DNA of 63,962 nucleotides, counting the filler, from Sanchytrium tribonematis (lineage: Eukaryota), in assembly GCA_018985235.1 (NCBI GenBank). It is 6 parts of 6 records of this genome, joined end to end, with 100 filler letters (N's around TTAATTAATTAA, not from the genome) between each part and the next. Parts side by side here need not be neighbours in the genome. Positions count along the whole stretch, not along the records: positions 22,028 to 32,913 come from JADGIG010000277.1; 5 more parts are not named here. The stretch is one strand, 5' to 3'. Positions 22,640 through 33,013 of the stretch are shown here, piece by piece. A program made the translations under genes and the position numbers. Below the pieces are notes generated by a model, which worked only from the letters and a program-made list of their open reading frames with translations, had not been told where the DNA came from and did not search any database. Each line of letters starts with the position of its first letter. Positions within the stretch are counted from its first letter, which is position 1.

Positions 22640-24633
22640 ATGAATGTTACTTTAAAAAAGATACTAGTGCTCTATATGACCATGATTACGTGTATATCAG
22701 GTATCTCTACAGATTGCCCCACATTGATGAACTTATTAAGAGGTTTAAATATGCATTTGACCAATTTGGACCTTTTTCAAAGAATTCCAATGGATTGTTG
22801 TAATTATTTCAGTTCAGATACTTCTGGATACATTGCGACATACTGCGAGGGCTATGGCTCATCTCAAGTCATTAAAGGATTGAATATCGGGAATTTTAAA
22901 CTTAATGGGACCATTCAAAGTCAATATATTCCAGGAAACATGACTGTTTTAGATATCAGAAATACTGCATTAAATTGCTCTATTCCTGGAGATTTACCCA
23001 ATCAATTGGTTGGACTTTATCTGCTTGATAATGCACTTCAAGGTGCCATTCCAAACACATTACCAGCTAATTTAGTCGAATTTGAAGTGACAAACAATCA
23101 ATTGACTGCTTTACCCACTTCCTTCCCTTCTAGCATGACTTATCTCAATTTGAATAACAATGGATTTACTACAATGCCAAATTTGCCACCAAATATTGAG
23201 ATTGTGAATATTGAAAATAACTTCATTTTTGAAAAAATGCCTAGTCACTTTCCAAATAGTTTACGCGTGCTGACAGCCAATAGAAACATAATTTATGGAT
23301 CTATTTCTGCGAATATATCGATTGGATCACTACGTCTTAATTATAATCAAATTAATGAAAGTATTTCTGATTTTCCGGAACAACTTTATGAATTACGTGT
23401 GAATAACAATTTTATAACGGGTCATTTACCCCAAAAATGGCCAGATGCGTTGAGCACTCTTGATGTCAGTCATAATTTACTATCGGGAAATATTAAAAAT
23501 GTCAGTGTCATGACTTCCATTTATTTTTATGATTATTCGTGGAATTTGTTCACTGGAAATCTTCCAAGTTTGCACGTCTCTGATTCAATGACAATAGATT
23601 TCTCACATAATGAACTATCAGGGGACATTGATCTGGGATATACTATCATCAACGACTTGAGATTAAATCACAACAAATTTAAGAAATTTCCAAAATCTTT
23701 GCCTCAATATTTAGAATCTTTTAAAATGAATAACAATGAGATGTCTGGTACTATCAAGTACATTTTTGAGAGTACGTTAAAGAATATTGATATATCATGT
23801 AATAATTTTACAGGAAATGTACCGAATTGGCCAATTTATCAATCCATTTATTGGCCATTTGATGATTCTCGCGTCTCATTCAACATTTCCCACAACAAAT
23901 TCACTGGCAATATCCCATATAATCTAAGTTTTATTCCTACACTAGATGTTTCCCATAATTATTTGAGTGGATGCATCGATTTCCAATTGACTGGAAAATA
24001 TTACTTTTTAAATCATAATTATTTAAGTGGCAATTTGTCATTTGATGCACCATTTACACTATATTTACAAAATAATAGTCTATTGGATGTGTCTATTGCA
24101 AATGAAATGAATTTGCAGCAATGTGATTTGAGTGAAAATCCATTAGGGGTGTTTGATAAAACATTTTACAATCTCTGCAATTGGACATTTGTAAATGAGA
24201 CATACTATAAAACCAGTTGCGACATTAAAATATTTGGATTTGAGCCAGTTGAGATCACTACGACTCAAATTAAATCGACTACAGTCCCTCCCACTGTTAT
24301 AAAGCGTATATTATCATTTACATAGGTCCCACGCGTATTGTAACGCAACCAACACAATTGACAACCACTATATCATCTGAGTTATCACTATTTGAGACTC
24401 AATTAGAGTCTGTAACAGAATTACAGTCCATAAGCACTATTGAAGATATTCTCACTCAATTTGAATCTATCCCATTCACAATTACATGGTCACCCACCAT
24501 CACCATCAAAATTGGTATAAATGCCATGATCATTGGTATATTTTTAAGTAAAACACCATTTAAATGGAAAAGTAAAACAAAACGTCATTTACAATCAAGT
24601 GGTTTCACTACGACATCCAATTATGGTGTTTAA
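22640..24633 (+). CDS. LRR receptor-like protein: Cys cap, LRRs, Ser/Thr stalk, TM, short basic tail; joined via a 20-nt intron
   Basis: DCP...DCC cap and many LxxLxLxxNxLxGxIP repeats. Removing 24306..24325 fuses the ORF in frame to 24358..24633 (657 aa). Confidence 0.85.
24306..24325 (+). other. Candidate 20-nt intron GTATATTATCATTTACATAG
   Basis: GT..TAG; removal restores the frame; its terminal TAG is the stop codon of the unspliced ORF. Confidence 0.65.
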
Positions 24634-24702
24634 TAAATAGTCACACAGCACATCATTTATTATATGTTTGCATCTTTTCTAGCAATTTAATTCGATATTT
24701 TT

Positions 24703-25452
24703 TCAATTCTTCAATTTATCCCTTTTACAATTATCATAAGCTTCATTTACACCATCAAGTTGATTTTGTAACCATTTCAATATATCTCGAGTCAATCTCA
24801 ATTGAATCTCAGCTAATGTATCATTGGTTTCATGCTTCAATTGTCTCTTTACAGTCTTCAATGCCATTTCCATTTCATTTAAATCAAATGAATAATTGTT
24901 ATAAATAGATTCAAATTGATCAGGATTCAATTGAATCGTAAAATCCAATATGCCAATTTTCTCAGATTTCTCTATCTCATGCCAATATTCATTACCGCGT
25001 TTAATAGGTCCAAAAAACCCATTGTTATTCTGATCATATGCTTGTTTTCTCTTGATCATTTGAGTCACAAATTCATTTAATTTTCCCATTTCTCCATGTG
25101 ATTTGCTAATATGCGTATATCCAAGTGCAATTAAATCCATTAATGAAATCATGTCATTGCGTTCAATGGCTATATCTAATGGAAATTTGCCATTATTATC
25201 TTGAATATCCAATGCGGTATTGCCATTCAGATATTCATCGACTAATTCTTGATTAGCTGGATTACTGCTAGTTTTAATACGGCTAAATAAAGTATTCTGA
25301 TTTGGTGCTACACGAGCAGCATTGTCAGTGGATGGGTCCATTCGTTGTACGCCAATGGGCCATGCGATTGATGATTTGTATGGTAAATTGGTTGCCGTAT
25401 TTCCAATACTTGGTGTTGCTACACTTGCAAATACGACAGCAATGGACCACAT
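24703..25452 (-). CDS. Secreted ankyrin-like family member 2
   Basis: Signal peptide; LDIQDNNGKFPLDIAIERND; GILDFTIQLNPDQF. Confidence 0.85.
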   Translation of the reverse strand: MWSIAVVFASVATPSIGNTATNLPYKSSIAWPIGVQRMDPSTDNAARVAPNQNTLFSRIKTSSNPANQELVDEYLNGNTALDIQDNNGKFPLDIAIERNDMISLMDLIALGYTHISKSHGEMGKLNEFVTQMIKRKQAYDQNNNGFFGPIKRGNEYWHEIEKSEKIGILDFTIQLNPDQFESIYNNYSFDLNEMEMALKTVKRQLKHETNDTLAEIQLRLTRDILKWLQNQLDGVNEAYDNCKRDKLKN

Positions 25453-25554
25453 GGACTGTGTTTGATCCTAGTTTGAAATATGGTGTCATATGGTGTCATA
25501 TGGCACAAGGATCACGTGTGGATAGGGGATATGACAATGGCGTGATTTATGAAA

Positions 25555-26435
25555 CTAGAATTTATTTTGAGAAATGAATAGAAATCTATGATACTTTCTA
25601 ATCAAAGCATTGTATTGATCGATTTTATCTTGATATTGCTGTTTATGGAAACCTTCTACTTTGGCCATTTCTTCTTCATTCTTTTTGAGGCCAATTTTTG
25701 CTTTCTCAACAATATCATAGGCTAAAAGGCGTTTAATATACTCTAATGCGACAATTGACTGTTGATCAGATTCATTGTTGTGTAATAATTGATCATTCGC
25801 ATGATCAAATGCCTTATCCAAGTCAGCTAACATAAAATTATTTTTATGTCTATCATAAATAAAATCAAAATCCAATGGATTCCATAATACTGCCATATCC
25901 AAAAGACTTTTTTCGTGAAATCTGACTTGTGAATAATGAAAGCTAAAAAACTTTCTCAATCCCTTTTTGCTATCATATTTCTTCTTTTGTGAAACCATCA
26001 ATTTCACAAATTCAGAAAATTCCCCATTAGAATTGGATCCAATATTCTTGAAACCATATTGCACTAATATATCTGCCACTGCCACTAAATTGTTTTCAAT
26101 TGCCAAATCCAATGGGGTGTTGCCATTTTCATCTGCAACATCAAATCGGCCAAATTACCAGACTGTCCAATGTAATCATCAAGAAATGTCTTTAATTTTC
26201 CACGCTCATTGGATTTGACAATATCAGAGAAAGTAGCCGGATTGAATAAATCAATGCGAATTGGTGGTCTCTTATCAGAAACACCTAATTTTGCAGCTTT
26301 TTTGGGATTGCTTCCTCCACGAATACTGGTAGCAACTTGATGACCCAATGCATTAACTGCTGTAGTTGCTAATCCAGTATGTGGTCTTACTAAATGTCCC
26401 ATTACAAATACGACAACAAGTACAATTGACAACAT
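25555..26435 (-). pseudogene. Secreted ankyrin-like family member 3, 1-nt frameshift near 26142 (pseudogene or sequencing error)
   Basis: Starts MLSIVLVVVFV. Adding one G gives DLDVADENGNTPLDLAIENNLVAVA, collinear with member 4. Confidence 0.75.
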
Positions 26436-26488
26436 GTCTCTGTTTGATCCTTGTTTGTAAAATGGGGTATTGCCAAATAGAATAGCAG

Positions 26489-26580
26489 CACGTGCTGAAA
26501 GGGGGTATGACAATGACGTCATTTTAAAGAAAACGTGATAACCACGTGTTGAAAGGGGATATGACAATGACGTCATTTTT
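26489..26580. promoter_or_regulatory. Duplicated promoter module: CACGTG + GGGG + ATGACAATGACGTCAT
   Basis: Two copies about 54 nt apart. Related sequences at 25512-25545 and 31788-31885. Confidence 0.6.
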
Positions 26581-26603
26581 AAAACATTCAATTTCACATC
26601 AAT

Positions 26604-27301
26604 TTATTCAAGATGCATTTGATATGCTTTATATTCCTTAATCTTTGCTTCTAATTGTACTACATCCCATTGATATGCTTGTAATGCCAAATCATCACCC
26701 TCTAAGTGACTTGCTTCATCACGTGAATCTTGTAATACTCAAACAAATTTCTATTTTGATGTAATCTCACTTGAGAATAATGGATTCCCTTGAATAGCCA
26801 TTTCCTGCTATCATATTCTTGTTTTCTTTTAATCATTAATTGCACAAATTGGTTAAATGAATAGTCATCTGAAATGGGTTTCATTTGAATATTCTTGAAA
26901 CCATATTGTACCAATACAACAGCCACTGCTACCAAATTGTTTTTAATGGCCACATCTAAGGGCGTGTTGCCATTTTTATCCTCAACATCCAATTCGGTGA
27001 TACCATCTGATTGTTCTTTGTAATATTTGAGAAAATGCGCCAAATTGACAGGATTATTTCTAATAATCATGTGTTTGAAATTGAATGAATTAGTTAAATC
27101 AAGGCCAAATAAATTCTGACGCCATGGACTGGGTGGTTCGGATGTTTTGGCTTTTCGATGTGCATCATTATTTGGAAATACTATTTTATGCTCCTGATTT
27201 ACTAGCGTACCAAATTCTTGAGAAGAGTTCATCAAATCTAATAAATTTACATGGTTGATAGGTACATTTGGGCCAAATCCAAATACAATTACAATGAACA
27301 T
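26604..27301 (-). pseudogene. Secreted ankyrin-like family member 4 with internal deletion and frameshift
   Basis: LDVEDKNGNTPLDVAIKNNLVAVA. After HYSQVRLHQ the family helical block is missing; a coiled-coil tail continues in another frame to TAA at 26604. Confidence 0.65.
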
Positions 27302-27467
27302 GTCCGTGTTTGATCCTTGTTTGAAAAAGGATTTGAAAATATGTATTTTATTTCTGAATAGACTAATTTAAATGGTAAGTCTGTTGGTAATACCGGATCT
27401 GTGATTTTAAAGTATCAATTTGAATTAATAAATACCGTGTCATTAGATCGCTCATAAATTTTTTTTT

Positions 27468-28945
27468 CTAATTTTTTTTATTTTTGGATTTTCTTTCATT
27501 TCCAAACCACCTCAATTCTTTCAATTTTTTTGCCGGACTTATCATATTCAAATCACTATTCATTGAATATTTAAAAACTTCAACAACCAAATCAAATTCT
27601 GATTTTGTCAATATCCGTCGCACTCTATCATTATATTGAAAATACGCACTGTTTTCTTCAAAGCACAAATCATACTTAATATCGCCATACAACAATTCAT
27701 ACAAAGTTTTTCCATAAGTGACGACATCATAAATATCAGATCGAATCGTTTGTCTATCATTAAATTGTTTAGGGGCGTATAATGGAGTGGTCAAGCGATC
27801 ATAACTTAAATCGATATATTGAATCTTATCTACATTTTCAAAATCGATTAATTTAAATTCGCCATCAACCTCCACAACATTACTTGGTTTTAAGTCCATA
27901 TGATGTAAATTTTTCTCGTGTAAATACAATAATCCATTAGAATATCTACGGACATACGATAAAATATATCCCTAGTTAACGTAAAAGATCCACGAAGATA
28001 CAATTTAGATAAATCACCTAGTCCCTTTTCAGAATACCAATCAAACCCATAAGAATTTAGATCTATGCGTAATATATTTATCAAGTTTTCTGGTTGATCC
28101 ATTTGAATCTGTTTCAAAATGTGGAACAATTCTATCCCATATTGTTTTCTTACACACTCTAAACTGATGGCCATGAAATCCATCCGTATGAATTGCTGGT
28201 TCAGGTTCAATTTATCCACTTTATTGGCACTTGGTTTTAATTTCAACAAGATTTGTTTAATCAATGCCAAGCAATATTCCAATTCATCAGAATCAAATGA
28301 ATGTCGCTTTAATAAATACTCAAAATCAAATGGATTGAATAATGCAGTGTATTCCAATATGCCATAATCCATTGCATCTCTCCAAAATGTCTTTATTTTA
28401 TTGATTTTCAAATGCCAATAAGGAGTGAAAGTTGAGTGTTGTCCATAATGGCGTGTCAATTGTGCTTGTTGACTGACCATTTTATGGATTAATGTCAACC
28501 AATCTTGATTCCATTCATTCATTTCGTCATGAGTGAGTTTCATGAATCTGAAATTGAATCCGATTAAAATATCAATCATGGCCATTTGATTGGTTGAAAA
28601 GGCCACATCTAATGGAAATGACTCATGTTCATTTACAATATCCAAATCAGATGGATTCAGACCATGCGATGCATAATCTTTGAGATAATTCAAAAGTGCA
28701 TCTGGATTTTTAGATGAAATCTTGTCAAAGATTAATGGGAATGCGTGATAATGTGCTGCATGTGTTGCATGTACTACATGTGCTGCATGTGTCGTTGGTG
28801 CATCTACTGATGATAAATGGGCTACTTTTGCACTTTTAACAGAATGCACAGAATCATCTGCATAAATGGGTGGTGTTTGAGTGCTTATATCCCCCAATGG
28901 ACCCACTGCCATATTTGCAAGTAGTAGTGCAATACAAATCAACAT
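27468..28945 (-). CDS. Secreted ankyrin-like family member 5 fused to an atypical protein kinase domain (1-nt frameshift at about 27937)
   Basis: FPLDVAF ankyrin-like block. Adding one A gives VDILNGLLYLHEKNLHHMDLKPSN...KLIDFE...TPLYAP...DVVTYG. Confidence 0.7.
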
Positions 28946-29070
28946 GGTTTGATCCCTATTTATCCCAGTTTGAAATATGATGAAATGTTCAAGTTGAAGA
29001 CATCATTTTAAACAAATGTGAATTTTGATGGATTGTCGCAATAAAACATCAAATATTATTTACTTATTGT

Positions 29071-29931
29071 TTACTCGAATTCTGTCATTTTCTGTTTCTT
29101 TAGAGATTGCAATTCATGATTCATGCTTTCTTTTTTCAGAGGATCTTTTTCAAGTCTCAATTCTTCTTTTAAATATTCAATTTCTTCCTGTAATCTGAGT
29201 TGTTTAATCATATATTCCAATCTCGATTGAATAACTGGTCTAAAGTCATTTAAAACATTTCTATTTTCGAGATCATCATTAATCCAAACCAGCGCATTTT
29301 TCAATTCATTTAATTTTAATACATTGAGGCTGAGTAAATAATGGAATTTCTTTGTTCTGTACAAGAGAATATACTTCAAAAGTGGCATATTCTTATAATT
29401 GGCTCTCCAAATGTCAGATCCTGCATTATTTTTTGCAAATTCAGACCATGATGACTTGATACTGTTTTTAAAACCAAATTGAATTAATAGTGCAACGCAT
29501 ATCAAGTCATTCTTTTCTAGTGCAGCATCTATTGGAAATAGTCCGTTATTCTGTTGATCAAATACTTGAGTATCCATTCCAAATAATCGATTCGTCAAGT
29601 ATTGTTTCAATTGTTGATAATCACGAGATTCAATCAAATCAAAGATATTAACTTTAACCTTGCTTTCTAGTTTAAAGTTCATAATATTGTTGCTGCCAGA
29701 TGAATGAGGTGAACGAGGTGATTTTGAACCAGTATTAGGAGCAGTATTAGGAGCAGAAATTGATGCATGTAATGCTGGATTTACCAAATTTGGATTTCTT
29801 GCAACTTGAAATGATGTTGAACCAGGCAAGCCAACAAATGCATTAGTTGGCCCTAACAATGCTGCTGTTGCTGCTGCCTTGAAACCACCTCTCATTGGAA
29901 TACCAAAAAGCAACACAATCATTGCCAACAT
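29071..29931 (-). CDS. Secreted ankyrin-like family member 6
   Basis: Starts MLAMIVLLFG; FPIDAALEKNDLICVALLIQFGFKN; coiled-coil tail. Confidence 0.85.
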   Translation of the reverse strand: MLAMIVLLFGIPMRGGFKAAATAALLGPTNAFVGLPGSTSFQVARNPNLVNPALHASISAPNTAPNTGSKSPRSPHSSGSNNIMNFKLESKVKVNIFDLIESRDYQQLKQYLTNRLFGMDTQVFDQQNNGLFPIDAALEKNDLICVALLIQFGFKNSIKSSWSEFAKNNAGSDIWRANYKNMPLLKYILLYRTKKFHYLLSLNVLKLNELKNALVWINDDLENRNVLNDFRPVIQSRLEYMIKQLRLQEEIEYLKEELRLEKDPLKKESMNHELQSLKKQKMTEFE

Positions 29932-30069
29932 CACTGTTTGTCCCTGTTTTGAAGATGATGCCATTTTAATATCAATTCACGTGATTTCATTGTCATGTGA
30001 GTATCAGATGATGTCACATGGTATATCAGGTGATCTCCTTTTCATTTTCATGCAAATTACAATCATTTA

Positions 30070-30795
30070 TTACATGGGATTTATTTCATCTATTAATTGT
30101 TGTTGAATGACTGGCCAATATACACGATATGATGGATAATCATAATTGGATAATTTTAATAAATGAGTGACCACATTCAATGCCAATTGCAATTCCATGA
30201 TTCTGTATTGATAATTAATAAAATAATGATTAAATTGAGATGGATTCATTATTATTAATATGGTTAATAAACCAGTACCACTAAATCGAGATGGACTATT
30301 CCAAATCACATCATTTTGTTTGTTTTGAATCAGTAAATTGGCAAATCGAGCCAAATCACGGGTTGTAGAATGGATATATTGGAATCCGTTATCAATTAAT
30401 AGGATTAATTTGGCAATTGGGTTTATTTTACTGGTTAATGCGACATCAATTGGACTACTGGCTTTGTAGATGATGAGATCTAATGATTCATGGAATCCTT
30501 GAATGAATAAATGATTTAAATATGCTTTTAGTTCAGAGAGGGTGCCAGATTGGATAATATTGTAAATGGGTGGATTATCATCTAATGGAACTTTTAATAT
30601 TTCATCGAGTGCATTTGAATTGGGATTAGGATTCATTTGAGCAGCTTGAGTTCGTTCAATTTTGGCTAATTGCACTAATTGTTGAAGAGTGTTGCCATGT
30701 AATGAAAATGGAGTATTAGATTTGGCAAAAGGCGTGGGTGTACTCACGAATGCAGCTGTAGGAAGACTACTGATAATTACAATCAGTGGCAACAT
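30070..30795 (-). CDS. Secreted ankyrin-like family member 7
   Basis: Starts MLPLIVIIS; SPIDVAL...LLIDNGF; GLLTILIIMNPSQF. Confidence 0.8.
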   Translation of the reverse strand: MLPLIVIISSLPTAAFVSTPTPFAKSNTPFSLHGNTLQQLVQLAKIERTQAAQMNPNPNSNALDEILKVPLDDNPPIYNIIQSGTLSELKAYLNHLFIQGFHESLDLIIYKASSPIDVALTSKINPIAKLILLIDNGFQYIHSTTRDLARFANLLIQNKQNDVIWNSPSRFSGTGLLTILIIMNPSQFNHYFINYQYRIMELQLALNVVTHLLKLSNYDYPSYRVYWPVIQQQLIDEINPM

Positions 30796-30908
30796 GATAC
30801 TATCAACTCTGTTTGAATATGATGTCATTTCTCACGTGATTGGGGTATCATGTGAGGGTCATCTGGTGTTTGATAGTCAATGATTAGAATTGATTGCAAA
30901 TGATTTAT

Positions 30909-31748
30909 TTATGCAGACGCACTTTGTTTCTTTGCTTTTTTCAATTTCTCATTCAACTCTTCCAATTCATTCTTCCAAATCATAATTTCTTCTTGATTCT
31001 TACTATTTTTAATCTGATTTTCTACATTTTCAATATCAACTTTAATAACTCGAATTTTAGTGTCATATTTCAATGTATCATAAATCTGATTCCATAATAG
31101 ATTTCTCTCATCTCCACGAATTTCATTTTCAATTTTAAGTTCAGCAGCACGTAATGCAGCCTGTAATCCACTCAAGTAATGGAAATAAGTATCATACAAA
31201 TATTTGAAACTAAAAGGATCATACATCACTGCCAAATCTAAAAATCCTGTGTCTAGATTCCCATTTTCTAGATATCTAGCATAAATATCGCCATGATTAG
31301 CTGCATTTCTAGCATAATTACTAAATATGCCATCTGTGTTAAATGAAATATTCTTAAATCCTCTTTGAATCAACAAGACAATCATGCCCAAATTCTCTTT
31401 TTCAATGGCATAATCCAATGGGTACTTGTTGTTAAATAATACATCCATATCTTTAATATCTAATTTTGGATTTGATAAATACTCATTTAATGAATTGGGA
31501 TCACCAAATATGATTCCGTGGATCACCAGAGGCATATCGCGCGCAAGTACATCTCCAAATGGTTTCATTTCCTGTTCTCCCTCGGTAGGCATGTGAGCTA
31601 CCTTTTGTACTCTTCTAACTGTGGAAGCATAACTCACATCATGAAATTGTGGGCCAAATGCTTGTGGCACTCGAGTGCTCACTTGATGGCCAACAGGTGC
31701 CATATTTCCATATCCAAATACGAGTGCAATAACAATAAATGCTGTCAT
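30909..31748 (-). CDS. Secreted ankyrin-like family member 8
   Basis: Starts MTAFIVIALVFG; YPLDYAIEKENLGMIVLLIQRGFKN; GFLDLAVMYDPFSF; coiled-coil tail. Confidence 0.85.
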   Translation of the reverse strand: MTAFIVIALVFGYGNMAPVGHQVSTRVPQAFGPQFHDVSYASTVRRVQKVAHMPTEGEQEMKPFGDVLARDMPLVIHGIIFGDPNSLNEYLSNPKLDIKDMDVLFNNKYPLDYAIEKENLGMIVLLIQRGFKNISFNTDGIFSNYARNAANHGDIYARYLENGNLDTGFLDLAVMYDPFSFKYLYDTYFHYLSGLQAALRAAELKIENEIRGDERNLLWNQIYDTLKYDTKIRVIKVDIENVENQIKNSKNQEEIMIWKNELEELNEKLKKAKKQSASA

Positions 31749-32058
31749 TTCTATTCTGTTTGGGAAATGATGACGATTAAATATGTACAATGACGTCATT
31801 TTAAAGAGCATGTGCCTTTGCATGCAAGTCACGAGATGAATTGACGTCATAAATTGCATCATAAATGGCATCATAGCACGTGATATCAACTTGACATCTC
31901 AAAACATTATTTTATTTGAAACAACATTCGCAAACACCTTTTACGCCAAAGGCACCAGATCGAATGTTGCCATTTTATGAATAATCGCGTCATTTTAATC
32001 AACACGTGCCATGACATGCGAGTCACGAGATAATATTCGTCATTTATGTCGTCATGAT

Positions 32059-32536
32059 CAGGGATCGGAATAATTTAATTACAATTAAATTAGTGCCCTA
32101 AATAGCTTCCAATTAATTAATTGATTAATTAATTGCAATTAATTGAAATTAATTGAATTTATATAAAATATTTTAGTATAAAATGTAGTTATTTTCTAAA
32201 ATCTTCTTCAATGATATCAGATAAAATGCCGTTCATTTCTACCACTTCCTTGACAATTCGTTTGCCTCAAGTGCTTGATAATTGAAAATGTCCAAATAAT
32301 TAGTATTTTATTTTAAAGTACGACATTTTCCGTTATTAATAGAAACAAACGATGTCCTTACACTATATATTGGATAAATATTGCACAAATAACATGTACA
32401 ATCCAAATACGAGTGAAATTTAAAGGATATAAAGCATTTTATTACTAATTGGTCAATTACTAGCCTTTTCCAATTACCAATTTCAATTAATTAATTGCAA
32501 TTAATTTGAAATTAAATTAATTTTTTCCGATCTCTG
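32059..32536. mobile_element. Non-autonomous DNA transposon (MITE, hAT-like ends) with subterminal AATTAATT arrays
   Basis: Left end CAGGGATCGGAA; right end reverse complement CAGAGATCGGAA. The left end recurs inverted at 63062..63157. No clear TSD. Confidence 0.75.
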
Positions 32537-32538
32537 GT

Positions 32539-32832
32539 TTGAGTAAAGAACAAATAGAATGCTTTTTATTAAATGTGTTGAATTCATTATTGACCAATGG
32601 GGTATTATTTGGTTGTTGTGTGGGAACAACGAGTGAAATTGGTGTAGAATGGATTAAAACACCCACAATTGGATTAAATAGACCAGAAATGAACCGATTT
32701 TTACATAATAGAGTAACATTAAGTAGATTATTGGAATCAATTGGATTTAAGCAGATTGAAGTTTTGGAAGAAATATTGGGAAGTGGGGATCAAGAAATGA
32801 CTAGACTGGTATTTACTGCCAAAAAACATTAA
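32539..32832 (+). pseudogene. C-terminal fragment of a probable SAM-dependent methyltransferase, truncated at the MITE
   Basis: LSKEQIECFLLNVLNSLLTNGVLFG...LLESIGF...LVFTAKK resembles a class I MTase C-terminal half. No ATG; starts at the MITE end. Confidence 0.45.
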
Positions 32833-32913
32833 CCTAATTGAATAAATTGGTTTATTAAGTAATTAATCTCTTGCTATTGTTCTATTTTTTGCAAACATTG
32901 AATGTAATCCTTC

Positions 32914-33013
32914 NNNNNNNNNNNNNNNNNNNNNNNNNNNNNNNNNNNNNNNNNNNNTTAATTAATTAANNNNNNNNNNNNNNNNNNNNNNNNNNNNNNN
33001 NNNNNNNNNNNNN
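32914..33013. other. Artificial contig spacer
   Basis: N44-TTAATTAATTAA-N44. Confidence 0.97.

Noticed and set aside
26133..26158. 26-nt GT..AG segment that would also repair the frameshift in array member 3
   Set aside because: It would delete residues collinear with the paralog (LDVxDxNG); a single missing G is simpler.
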